25,603 bases of DNA. Source: a virus (Duplodnaviria; Caudoviricetes). Positions 9,978-17,379 of this stretch are shown in pieces. The stretch covers positions 1 to 25,603 of the IMG/VR virus record IMGVR_UViG_3300023283_000386. One strand, given 5' to 3'. A program made the position numbers and the translations under genes. Numbering within the stretch: position 1 is the first letter of the stretch; each line of letters opens with the position of its first letter. A model generated the notes under the pieces. It did no database searches. It was not told the DNA's origin and saw only the letters and a list, made by a program, of their open reading frames with translations.

Positions 9978-10143
9978 GCGGGTCGTAGGGCGGCTTCGCC
10001 GCGCAGCGGCAAGCCGCCGAAAAGGCGGTGCCCGGCACCCCTCACCGCAGATGCAGCGGGTCGTAGCGGGTCGTAGGGCGGCTTCGCCGCGCAGCGGCAA
10101 GCCGCCGAAAAGGCGGTGCCCGGCACTCACCGCAGATGCAGCG
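9978..10143 (+). repeat. Two direct copies (period 88 nt) of a GTAG-type REP-like palindrome plus the duplicated tail-tube 3' end
   Basis: 9978-10038 is identical to 10066-10126; core GTAG-GGCGGCTT-C-GCCGC-GCA-GCGGC-AAGCCGCC; TCACCGCAGATGCAGCG occurs at 10042-10058 and 10127-10143. Confidence 0.85.
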
Positions 10144-11401
10144 TGAATTCGTCATCGCCGCTTTCGGGCAGGAACGTCACGTCCATCTGCATCTGCGCCA
10201 CGCCGTCGTTATCGGCGCTGATGCGCGGGTTGCGGAATTCGGCGCGCGGGGCGTCCAGCACCGTGGTCTCGCCCCGCGTGGTGCCGTGCACGAAGGACAG
10301 CGGCAGACGCGCGCGCGACTGCGCGATCTCGTCCCAGAAGTTGCGTTCGGCAACGGTGGGTGCCTGGATCGTGATGCTGCCCGAGGGATCGCGCGAGGCC
10401 TTGACCACACGCTCCAGGTTCGGCTTGGACCGCAGCGTCGCCGGGCCGGTCAGGCTGTCGATGGACAGGCTGTCCACGATGAAGTCGCCGCCGTCGATGC
10501 GGAAGGACGGCGTGCGGACATACTCCACCGGGCGCGGGTCCAGGAACAGGGACCAGTCCGGCGTCGGCGGCGCCTGGGTCGTGGCCCCGCCGACCAGCCC
10601 GACCAGGGACACCGGCAGGTCCAGGTAATTGTTGGCCTGGAAATTGATGCCCAGGCCGCCGCGCGTGCCGGGCATGGGGTGCAGGTCGCGGGCGAGGTAG
10701 GTCTCCAGGTAGGCGCTGGCCGGGTCGCGGGTCACGGGCGTGTAGCTGGCGCCGGGCGCACGCAGGTCGAGTGTGTACGTGTCCCCGAGCGCGAAATCGG
10801 CATCGACCGTCGGCAGAACCGCCGCCCCGCCAATCAGGGGGAAGGGATCGCCGTCGGTCATGACCACGTCCAGGGTCTCCACCGCCGGCAGGTGCCACAG
10901 TGCCGGGGCCGACACGCGGAACGCGGCCACGCCGGACCCGCCGGCGGTGGTGCATTCCAGGGTCACGGTGCGGTCCAGCACGCCCTGATAGGAGGCGTCC
11001 ACGGTGAAGGTGAAGGCCCCCGCCGGGCCGCCCTGGGGCGTGGCCGCCGCCGGGACCGTGGCCGACGGCGGGGTCAAGGTCTCGCGCAGGCCGCAGGCCC
11101 CGAAGATTGCGGAAAACGGCGGCGCCGTGCCGTTGTCCAGGCGGGCGGGGCCGATGTTGTAGCTGTCGATGCTGCCCGACAGCTCGACCCGGCGGTTGAC
11201 CAGATCGCTGGGGTTGGCACCCAGGAACCCCCGCGCGATGTCGCGTTCGATGCTGTCGCCTTGCAGGGGCGAGACCTGGACGTCCTTCATTTCCAGCGCC
11301 AGGGGCGCCCAGGGATCGGGCTTGGTGCCATAGGCATCTTCGCGTTGGGCGAAGACCAGCAGTTCGCGGAAGAACATGCCTTCGCTGTTGACTGGCGGCA
11401 T
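10127..11401 (-). CDS. Major tail tube protein with an internal inserted domain (424 aa)
   Basis: AAGGAG RBS; motifs REDAYGTKP, VSPLQGDSIERD, GACGL, SRDPSGSITI, SFVHGTTRGET; directly upstream of the chaperones. Confidence 0.85.
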   Translation of the reverse strand: MPPVNSEGMFFRELLVFAQREDAYGTKPDPWAPLALEMKDVQVSPLQGDSIERDIARGFLGANPSDLVNRRVELSGSIDSYNIGPARLDNGTAPPFSAIFGACGLRETLTPPSATVPAAATPQGGPAGAFTFTVDASYQGVLDRTVTLECTTAGGSGVAAFRVSAPALWHLPAVETLDVVMTDGDPFPLIGGAAVLPTVDADFALGDTYTLDLRAPGASYTPVTRDPASAYLETYLARDLHPMPGTRGGLGINFQANNYLDLPVSLVGLVGGATTQAPPTPDWSLFLDPRPVEYVRTPSFRIDGGDFIVDSLSIDSLTGPATLRSKPNLERVVKASRDPSGSITIQAPTVAERNFWDEIAQSRARLPLSFVHGTTRGETTVLDAPRAEFRNPRISADNDGVAQMQMDVTFLPESGDDEFTLHLR

Positions 11402-11484
11402 GGGGTCACTCCTTATCGTTGTCCGCCCCCGTCATCCCACGCGCGCGCGGGCCGCGCCCACGGCGGCGGATGTCGGGGGCGTCA

Positions 11485-11955
11485 CTACCGCTCGTGATGC
11501 AGGGTGGTCAGGGACAGGCGCGCGCCGTGGGCCAGCACGCCCGCGAAAGTGACGGGTCCGGCATCGTCCAGGGCGACCCCGGCGCGCGCGCCGTCCGCCG
11601 GGTCCAGCGTTGCGGCCACGGCGCCGCCCAGGGACGGATCGGCGGCGACCGCCGCGACGATGCCATCGACCATATCGTCCAGGGCCAATTCGCTGGCCCC
11701 TTCGTCGTCCAGGGCGAGGTAGCCCTGAATGCGCCAGCGCGTGACCACCGCCGTCCGGCCCCGGCTTTCCTGGCGCCGGGTCAATCCCACGCGCCGGACG
11801 AACCAGCCGTTCAGCCGCCCGGCATCGTCCAGGTAGAGCGCCCGGAATCGCCCCGCATCGCGCGCGTAAGGCTGGTGCGTGCCCACGACGCCGATACCGG
11901 GCACGCCCTGGAGCGTCGTCACGAGGGCCGCGCGGATGTCACGGTGCTCCACCAT
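11485..11955 (-). CDS. Putative tail terminator/completion protein (156 aa)
   Basis: Directly upstream of the tail tube; size and motif IVAAVAADPSLGG typical of tail terminators. Confidence 0.7.
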   Translation of the reverse strand: MVEHRDIRAALVTTLQGVPGIGVVGTHQPYARDAGRFRALYLDDAGRLNGWFVRRVGLTRRQESRGRTAVVTRWRIQGYLALDDEGASELALDDMVDGIVAAVAADPSLGGAVAATLDPADGARAGVALDDAGPVTFAGVLAHGARLSLTTLHHER

Positions 11956-11982
11956 CACGCGCCCGCCATCACACGCTGGCCA

Positions 11983-12501
11983 TCACACGTCGGCCCCGCC
12001 CGGCGGCGCATCGCCCAGGCGCGCCGCCGCGCGCGCGGCGCCGCGCGCCACGATGTCGCGGACCTGGCTGTCATTGGCGGCCAGGGCGTCGCGGAACATG
12101 AAGGCGCCCTTGGTCCCCCGCGCGGCGATCTTTTTCGCGGTGGCATGGCCGATGCGCTCGGCCTCGGCATCGGACGCGCCGAACTTGACCTTGGCCCAAT
12201 CCACGAGGGGCTGCACCGGCGGGTGGTGCGGGCGGCTGCCCAATTCGACGGCGGCGATATGGGGCAAGGGCGAGGCGACTTCGCCCACGACCCGGTCGGC
12301 GAGGATACGCGGCTCCTGCGCGGCGATGCTTTCGCGGGTGGTGTTGGTCGCGGTCGGCGTCCGCTCCTTGACCTCGCGTTCCAGCAGCAGCGAGGCTTCC
12401 AGCACCGCCGTCACCATCTCGTCGGCGGCGATGTCCGGCGCCCGGCGCCACGCCGCCGCCAGCGCGGCCAGGCCCGCGACCTCGATGCGCGCGTCCATCA
12501 T
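11983..12501 (-). CDS. HK97 gp10-like neck/tail-completion protein (172 aa)
   Basis: ATGA overlap at 12498-12501; motifs EREVKERTP, HIAAVELGSRPH, RGTKGAFMF. Confidence 0.75.
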   Translation of the reverse strand: MMDARIEVAGLAALAAAWRRAPDIAADEMVTAVLEASLLLEREVKERTPTATNTTRESIAAQEPRILADRVVGEVASPLPHIAAVELGSRPHHPPVQPLVDWAKVKFGASDAEAERIGHATAKKIAARGTKGAFMFRDALAANDSQVRDIVARGAARAAARLGDAPPGGADV

Positions 12502-13235
12502 CGGGACCGCCCCCGAAAGTGCGCGGCCCGCAGGCGGGGCAGCCCGCCCAGCGTGCCCACCGCCGAGGCGGGGCCGCCGTGACGGCCCACGGCCTGCTGG
12601 TGCTGGCGGCGGTACTGGTTCGCGCGCCGTGCCCAATCGCCGCTGCGGCTACCGTGGTCGGCGACCTCGACGCCCAACGCGCTGTCCTGGGTGCCCGCGA
12701 AATACGCGGCCAGTTGATCGCACAGCCCGGCGGCGGCCAGCGCCGCGACCGGGCGGCGGTCGGCCATTGGCAAGGTGTCGGTCTCGGCATCCAGGATGTG
12801 CGGCGCGGTATACGTGATGCGGACCACCGCGCCGGGGGCCGGCCCCGCCGGGGTGGCGCCTGTATAAACCCCGCCGGGGGCCGGCCCCGCCGGGGTGGCG
12901 CCTGCATGGCCCGCGCCGGACAACCGCAGGTGCGCCCCGCCGCTGTCTGTCGTCTCATATGGCGGGTCCAGGCACGCGGGCGGCTCCCGGTCGATGGGGT
13001 GCTCGGCCCGGCGCACGCGGCTGACCCCCGCCACCCAGTCCGGGGGCAGGGGCAGCCGCGCGGGCAGGCCCGGCGGCACCGCAACGGCCAGGTCCGCCGT
13101 GACCACGCGGGGGCGGACGGCGTTGTGGGCCGCCACCGCCGCCTGGATGGCGTCCGCCACCGCCGTATCGTCCAGGATGCCACCCTGGTCGCGGACCAGA
13201 TCCCGGACCAGGGTTTCGATATCCGCCAGCGCCAC
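12498..13235 (-). CDS. Putative head-tail adaptor (245 aa)
   Basis: First gene after the major capsid; VRITYTAPH motif and helical N- and C-termini typical of adaptors. Confidence 0.65.
   Translation of the reverse strand: MALADIETLVRDLVRDQGGILDDTAVADAIQAAVAAHNAVRPRVVTADLAVAVPPGLPARLPLPPDWVAGVSRVRRAEHPIDREPPACLDPPYETTDSGGAHLRLSGAGHAGATPAGPAPGGVYTGATPAGPAPGAVVRITYTAPHILDAETDTLPMADRRPVAALAAAGLCDQLAAYFAGTQDSALGVEVADHGSRSGDWARRANQYRRQHQQAVGRHGGPASAVGTLGGLPRLRAAHFRGRSR
12830..12904. repeat. In-frame tandem duplication: 33 nt identical, period 42 nt (GATPAGPAPG x2)
   Basis: 12830-12862 is identical to 12872-12904. Confidence 0.9.
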
Positions 13236-13247
13236 GGCCCCGCGCCC

Positions 13248-15518
13248 TTACGCCTGGACCGACTTCTGGAAGGCGCGGAAATCCGTCACCGCGCCGCCGT
13301 AGATATGGCGGATTTTCCAGGTGATCTGGTCGTTGGTGAACAGCGACCCGACGTTGGGCTGGTCCTGGACGAACAGTTCGGGTTCGCGGTTGCCGTCCAG
13401 GAAACCCACCTCGATGCCGGGAATATCGCGCGGGGCGGCGGCCAACACCCAGTCGTTCGGGTCGGTCCAATACCAGACCGGCACCACGTTCAGGGTCAGG
13501 GACTGGATGAAGGTGCGGTCGTTTTCGGTGTTGCGCCGGAACAGATCGGCGGCGACATCTTCCAGTTCGTGCGGCACCAGGATATCGCGCGGCCCGATCC
13601 CCAGCGCCTCGCCGGTGTCCGGCTCGCCCTGGCGCAGCATCGCCAGCCGCCGGGCGCGCAGGCCCGCCTTGTCCAGCGCTTCCGCGCCCAGGTTACCGTG
13701 CGCCGCGTCGAACAGGTTCAGGCCGTCGAAGATCACCGGATTGTCGCGCAGGAAGTCGAGCACGAACTTGGCCAGGGTCCGCCGCGCGGCCTGCGCCAGG
13801 CGCGTGGGGATCCGCTGGATCACGCCCACGTCGTCATTGCGCGTCATCTCCAGCGTAACCGTCTCGATCCCGCCACGCTTGCTGACCGCGTAGGTGGCCT
13901 CTTCGTCCGTGGGGGACGCCAGCGGCTGGTAGCCGCCGCCTTCCGCCACCGCCGGAATATCGCCATAGCCGCCGTAGCGCACGCGGTGGTTGGTCCGGAA
14001 ATCCTGAACCGGGACCACGTTGGCGACCCGCTGCCAGATCGAATACTGGTCCTCGGTGCGGTATTCGGCCAGCATTCGCCGGTGGATGGCATCGCCCAAA
14101 AGCTCCGGGAACGATGTCGAATCCAGCGCCTCGCGCAGGCGGGACGGGTTGCAATCCCGCAGGGCGCCGGTCACGCGCGTGTCCCCGGTGATGTCGGCAT
14201 AGCATTCGCGGAACGAATTGACGCGGGTATCGCCGGGGTCGAAAAAGGCGTCGAGCATCTGATTGACGCGGTCGTGGCGGCTTTCCCCGCCTTCGACCCG
14301 CGATCCGCCGCCCAGACCCTGCACCCGCGCCTCGGTGAACTGCCCGATGTAATCGGCTTCCGCCTGGATGGCGCGGTCCACCTCGGCGTCCGTGAAGGTC
14401 GCCGCGGCCTCGAAGCGCTGGCGCAGGCGGTCCTTCGCCGCCTGGGGCAGCGATGACCCCGCCAGGGCCTCGCGCAGATGGGCGCGGGCCTCGGCCTGGC
14501 GCACCGCCGCCGCCTGGGCTTCGCGGATTTGCCGGTCGATGGCCGCCGGGTCCGTCGCGTGCCCTCCCGGCGCCGCCCCGGCGGCAAGCACCTCGCGGTA
14601 AGCGGCCTCGACGGCGGCGTCGTCTTGGCTGTCGAGGACGGCGGCCAGATCGGGCCGCGCCTCGCGGATGGTCTGAAGCATACGCGCGCGCATGGTATCG
14701 CCTCTATCGCTGGTGGCCGGGGCCGCGCCAGCGGGGGCGGGGGCGGGCGCCTGGGCCTCGACAAGCTGGATGACCCGACCGCCCGCGCCGGGCTGGACGA
14801 TCAGGTCCACGGATTCGATGGACGTGAACTTGCGCGCTTCACGCAGGCGCCGACCGCCGGCTTCGCGTGTCTGGGTCACGGCGCGGGCGTCGATGGACAG
14901 CCCGAACAGATCGGACATGCCCCGCTCGACCGCTTCACGCAGCCGTCCGGCGGTGTCCCCGGCGCTTTCCAGGACGTCGAGCGTGGCCTCGACCGCGCCG
15001 CTGTCCGGCGTCGGCCCTGCGACAAAGCGCGCCTCGACCAGGCGACCGACAAGGTTGTCGAAATCGCGGCCCTGGCCGGCCAGGTGCGCCTGATCGCCTT
15101 TCTTGAAGACGCGCACGCCCTCGAACATGGACGCGCTTTCGCGCAGCAGCGCATCGGAATAGAAGTTGCCGTTGCCGGACGCCCCGGCCTGGATCACCCG
15201 GACGCGGAAGCGCCGTCCGGTGCCGTCGTTGCGGGCCTCGATCAGCACCTCGCCGGGTGCGCCCGTGGCAGCGGGCGTCGGGGCGGCGGGCGCCGGGACG
15301 GCCTCGCGGGCGCTCTCGGGGATCAGATCGCGCAGGCTTTCGAAGGTCACGTCCAGCACCTTGGCCGCGCCGCGCAGGCGTTCGTCCGGCGGGCGCTGGA
15401 TATCGCCGCTGAGGATTTGCCCAACCGTACTCTCGTCGATGCCCATGGCCGCGCCGAGTTGCTTGTTGGTCAGGCCCTTGCGGTCACGCAGTTGCCGCAG
15501 ACGGTCGCCGAGTTTCAT
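13248..15518 (-). CDS. Head polyprotein: XRE-family HTH + prohead protease + scaffold + major capsid protein (756 aa)
   Basis: aa 1-66 LGDRLRQLRDRKGLTNKQLGAAMGIDESTVGQILSG (XRE HTH); aa ~100-250 protease-like (GNGNFYS, HLAG, FGLSIDA, SVDLIVQPGAGG); helical scaffold; C-terminal ~293 aa gpT-like capsid (VQDFRTNHR, NDDVGVIQRIPTRL, WKIRHIYGG); GAGGT RBS. Confidence 0.88.
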   Translation of the reverse strand: MKLGDRLRQLRDRKGLTNKQLGAAMGIDESTVGQILSGDIQRPPDERLRGAAKVLDVTFESLRDLIPESAREAVPAPAAPTPAATGAPGEVLIEARNDGTGRRFRVRVIQAGASGNGNFYSDALLRESASMFEGVRVFKKGDQAHLAGQGRDFDNLVGRLVEARFVAGPTPDSGAVEATLDVLESAGDTAGRLREAVERGMSDLFGLSIDARAVTQTREAGGRRLREARKFTSIESVDLIVQPGAGGRVIQLVEAQAPAPAPAGAAPATSDRGDTMRARMLQTIREARPDLAAVLDSQDDAAVEAAYREVLAAGAAPGGHATDPAAIDRQIREAQAAAVRQAEARAHLREALAGSSLPQAAKDRLRQRFEAAATFTDAEVDRAIQAEADYIGQFTEARVQGLGGGSRVEGGESRHDRVNQMLDAFFDPGDTRVNSFRECYADITGDTRVTGALRDCNPSRLREALDSTSFPELLGDAIHRRMLAEYRTEDQYSIWQRVANVVPVQDFRTNHRVRYGGYGDIPAVAEGGGYQPLASPTDEEATYAVSKRGGIETVTLEMTRNDDVGVIQRIPTRLAQAARRTLAKFVLDFLRDNPVIFDGLNLFDAAHGNLGAEALDKAGLRARRLAMLRQGEPDTGEALGIGPRDILVPHELEDVAADLFRRNTENDRTFIQSLTLNVVPVWYWTDPNDWVLAAAPRDIPGIEVGFLDGNREPELFVQDQPNVGSLFTNDQITWKIRHIYGGAVTDFRAFQKSVQA

Positions 15519-15742
15519 GCGTTCACCTCATGGCGCTGGCCATCCGCCGTGACCACGGCGACGGTCTTGGGGGTGGTGCGGCGGGCGGCGAGGATGTCCG
15601 CCGCCGTGGCCGCGCGTTCCAGGATGGCGCCGCCAGCATCGGGCCGGCGCAGCTTGGGCAGGGCCTTGGCGATCTTGTCGAGATCCGTGCCGAGGGGGTC
15701 GGGCGGTTCGGGCGCGGGGGCGCCCGCCTGGTCGTCGGTCAT
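15515..15742 (-). CDS. Small hypothetical head-operon protein (75 aa)
   Basis: GAGG RBS; ATGA overlap with the polyprotein start at 15515-15518. Confidence 0.65.
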   Translation of the reverse strand: MTDDQAGAPAPEPPDPLGTDLDKIAKALPKLRRPDAGGAILERAATAADILAARRTTPKTVAVVTADGQRHEVNA

Positions 15743-15805
15743 CGTGGCCTCGCGAACGTGGTTGCCGTAACACGGGGCGGCTTGCCATCCGGCCCCATGT
15801 CCGCG

Positions 15806-15867
15806 ACACTAGGGCCGCTCACCCCCCACGCCCCATTGCGACACCCGCCGCCGCGCTCCCTGTCAGC
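15806..15867 (-). promoter_or_regulatory. Candidate activator-dependent late promoter for the head-tail operon (Mu PI equivalent)
   Basis: -10 TAGTGT (15811-15806) with no good -35; two tandem 15-mers (15838-15852, 15853-15867) each match 11/15 to the motif upstream of the endolysin. Confidence 0.5.
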
Positions 15868-15878
15868 GATCTTGCCCG

Positions 15879-15983
15879 AGAGCGAGATCCGATCCGAGAG
15901 GATCGGTGAATCTCGCTCTAACCCTTAAAGACAGGGCAAGATTCACGCTGGCAATGAGTCCATTGCCAGCGATCTTGCCCTAC
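15879..15983. repeat. Two related bulged palindromes in inverted orientation (REP-like)
   Basis: AGAGCGAGAT-CCGATCC-gaga-GGATCGG-tga-ATCTCGCTCT (15879-15919) and AGGGCAAGAT-tca-CGCTGGCAATG-agtc-CATTGCCAGCG-ATCTTGCCCT (15933-15981); the second begins with GTAG on the minus strand. Confidence 0.8.
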
Positions 15984-16085
15984 ACGGCCCGTTAAACGGG
16001 GTGTTAAACGGGTCTGGCTGCGCGCACGGGTTCGGCTACCCCTTCGCCCCAGACGCCACCACACGGCCACGAGGGCGCCCGAACC

Positions 16086-16112
16086 AAAAACCCCCGGCGG
16101 GGGCGCCGGGGG
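16086..16112 (-). terminator. Rho-independent terminator downstream of the moron
   Basis: 9-bp stem CCCCCGGCG/CGCCGGGGG with a 4-nt loop, followed by TTTTT on the minus strand. Confidence 0.8.
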
Positions 16113-16190
16113 GTTCAGGAGATGGCGCGGGCGCGAATGAACGGCGGCACGCGGTCGGTGTCTGCTATCGCCAGGGCCAGGCGGCGGTGA

Positions 16191-17159
16191 TTACCCGGAG
16201 CCGATGAGTCCGGCCCGTATTAGCGTCGCGCCCTTGATCCGGTCGTGGCTTTTCTTGACGTTTATCTTCATATCAACCGGCCTTTTGCCCCATTCTCCGT
16301 CTTGGAGCGCCGTAACCTGATCCGGCGACAGTGTCCCTTCGGGAACATCCACGGTCATCTCCCGATCCGTCCCCGCCTGCCTCACCTTAAGGCGGTACCC
16401 CCCGTCCACCACGCCGGAATCGACGGTCAAAATCATGAATTGGCCGTCCAGGCGGTCCTCTACGGTCTGAACGGGCGGCCTCCTGACGGCTTTATGGGCG
16501 GTCCGGCCATCAATGAGAGACGTATCGTCAATGACGATTTCGTCCTCATCGTCCATCTTCTTCAGGAATTGGGCTTGCGTTTCCTGGATTTCGTTCATCT
16601 GCGTTCGCAGCATATCGTTCTGATCGGCAAGGCTTGTGATCTGCCGCTGGCGCTCGGTTTCTTGCTGCGACATCTCGACTCTGTGATCGAGCTGCTTCTT
16701 TTCAAGTTGGTTATTGAGATAGCTTTTCCAGGCGGCATATCCGCCAAGGACGCTAGCGAGGCCAAGGATCGTGATCGTAGCGTGTGTACCGTTCATAGAC
16801 GATGCCGCGTGCTGGGCGAGCGTGTTGAGCACCTGGGTGAGGTCCGAAACGAACGTGGTGGACCCCTTCTCGAACCGAACCACCAGTTCCGTCTGGTCCC
16901 GCTCGCTTTTTTTTAGGCGCCGCTCCTCACCGTGGACAATGACGGAATAGGTTCGGTTGATCTGTTTTTGCAGCGACATGATGGCGGGCATGATCCGCGT
17001 TGGAACCCCGCCCTCAAAGTCATCGCCCTTAATGGTAAGCGTGAAGTGGGGCCAGCCAACAAAATCGAGCTCGGGCGGAGCCTCTTCCCCTTCCATCGCC
17101 TTGACCCGCGCAATCGCGTCGAAAAGGTCGTCCTCGCTGCGGATCTCCAACTTTGTCAT
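16191..17159 (-). CDS. Moron/accessory hypothetical protein (322 aa) with one hydrophobic segment, a coiled coil and a beta-rich C-terminal domain
   Basis: Visibly lower GC and different codon usage; GGGGG RBS; own terminator; hydrophobic ATITILGLASVLGGYAAW. Confidence 0.85.
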   Translation of the reverse strand: MTKLEIRSEDDLFDAIARVKAMEGEEAPPELDFVGWPHFTLTIKGDDFEGGVPTRIMPAIMSLQKQINRTYSVIVHGEERRLKKSERDQTELVVRFEKGSTTFVSDLTQVLNTLAQHAASSMNGTHATITILGLASVLGGYAAWKSYLNNQLEKKQLDHRVEMSQQETERQRQITSLADQNDMLRTQMNEIQETQAQFLKKMDDEDEIVIDDTSLIDGRTAHKAVRRPPVQTVEDRLDGQFMILTVDSGVVDGGYRLKVRQAGTDREMTVDVPEGTLSPDQVTALQDGEWGKRPVDMKINVKKSHDRIKGATLIRAGLIGSG

Positions 17160-17273
17160 ATCGCGCCCCCGATGGTGTTATAGGAGCGCGAGTGTAGCGA
17201 GCGGCCAAACGATTCGCACGCGGTCGGTGTGAATCCGCCACCGGGGACGCTACGCCCGCAAAATCCCACCCAC

Positions 17274-17302
17274 TTGCCCTCACCCCTGGTCGGCGCTATT
17301 CT
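17274..17302 (+). promoter_or_regulatory. Sigma70-like promoter on the plus strand, pointing into the MuF 3' end
   Basis: TTGCCC (17274-17279) - 17 nt - TATTCT (17297-17302); predicted +1 at A17309. Confidence 0.6.
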
Positions 17303-17308
17303 GCGCCT

Positions 17309-17378
17309 ATGGCCGAACCAAATCGCGACTGACGGTTGCCGCTGTGCGGTTGGGGTGGGTTCGCGCGCCCCCGGCCAT
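17309..17378 (+). ncRNA. Candidate ~70-nt four-way-junction (tRNA-like) small RNA
   Basis: Closing stem ATGGCCG/CGGCCAT; arms AACC/GGTT, GCCGC/GCGGT, GGGGTG/CGCCCC; loop-loop complementarity CGCGA/TCGCG; starts at the predicted +1. Confidence 0.5.
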
Positions 17379-17379
17379 G

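Noticed and set aside
9978-10143. CRISPR mini-array
   Set aside because: Only two 61-nt units, the intervening sequence copies the adjacent gene end, and there are no cas genes
15315-15518. Stand-alone prophage repressor gene
   Set aside because: No stop codon separates it from the protease-capsid frame, and it lies in the late operon
15991-16008. CtrA box
   Set aside because: TTAA half-sites are separated by 8 nt rather than 7; the N7-spaced versions at 2549 and 21003 are intragenic and mismatched, so none is called
17309-17378. A canonical tRNA gene
   Set aside because: The anticodon-arm equivalent has a 3-nt loop, there is no proper D-loop or TTCRANY T-loop, and no CCA after the stem; kept only as tRNA-like
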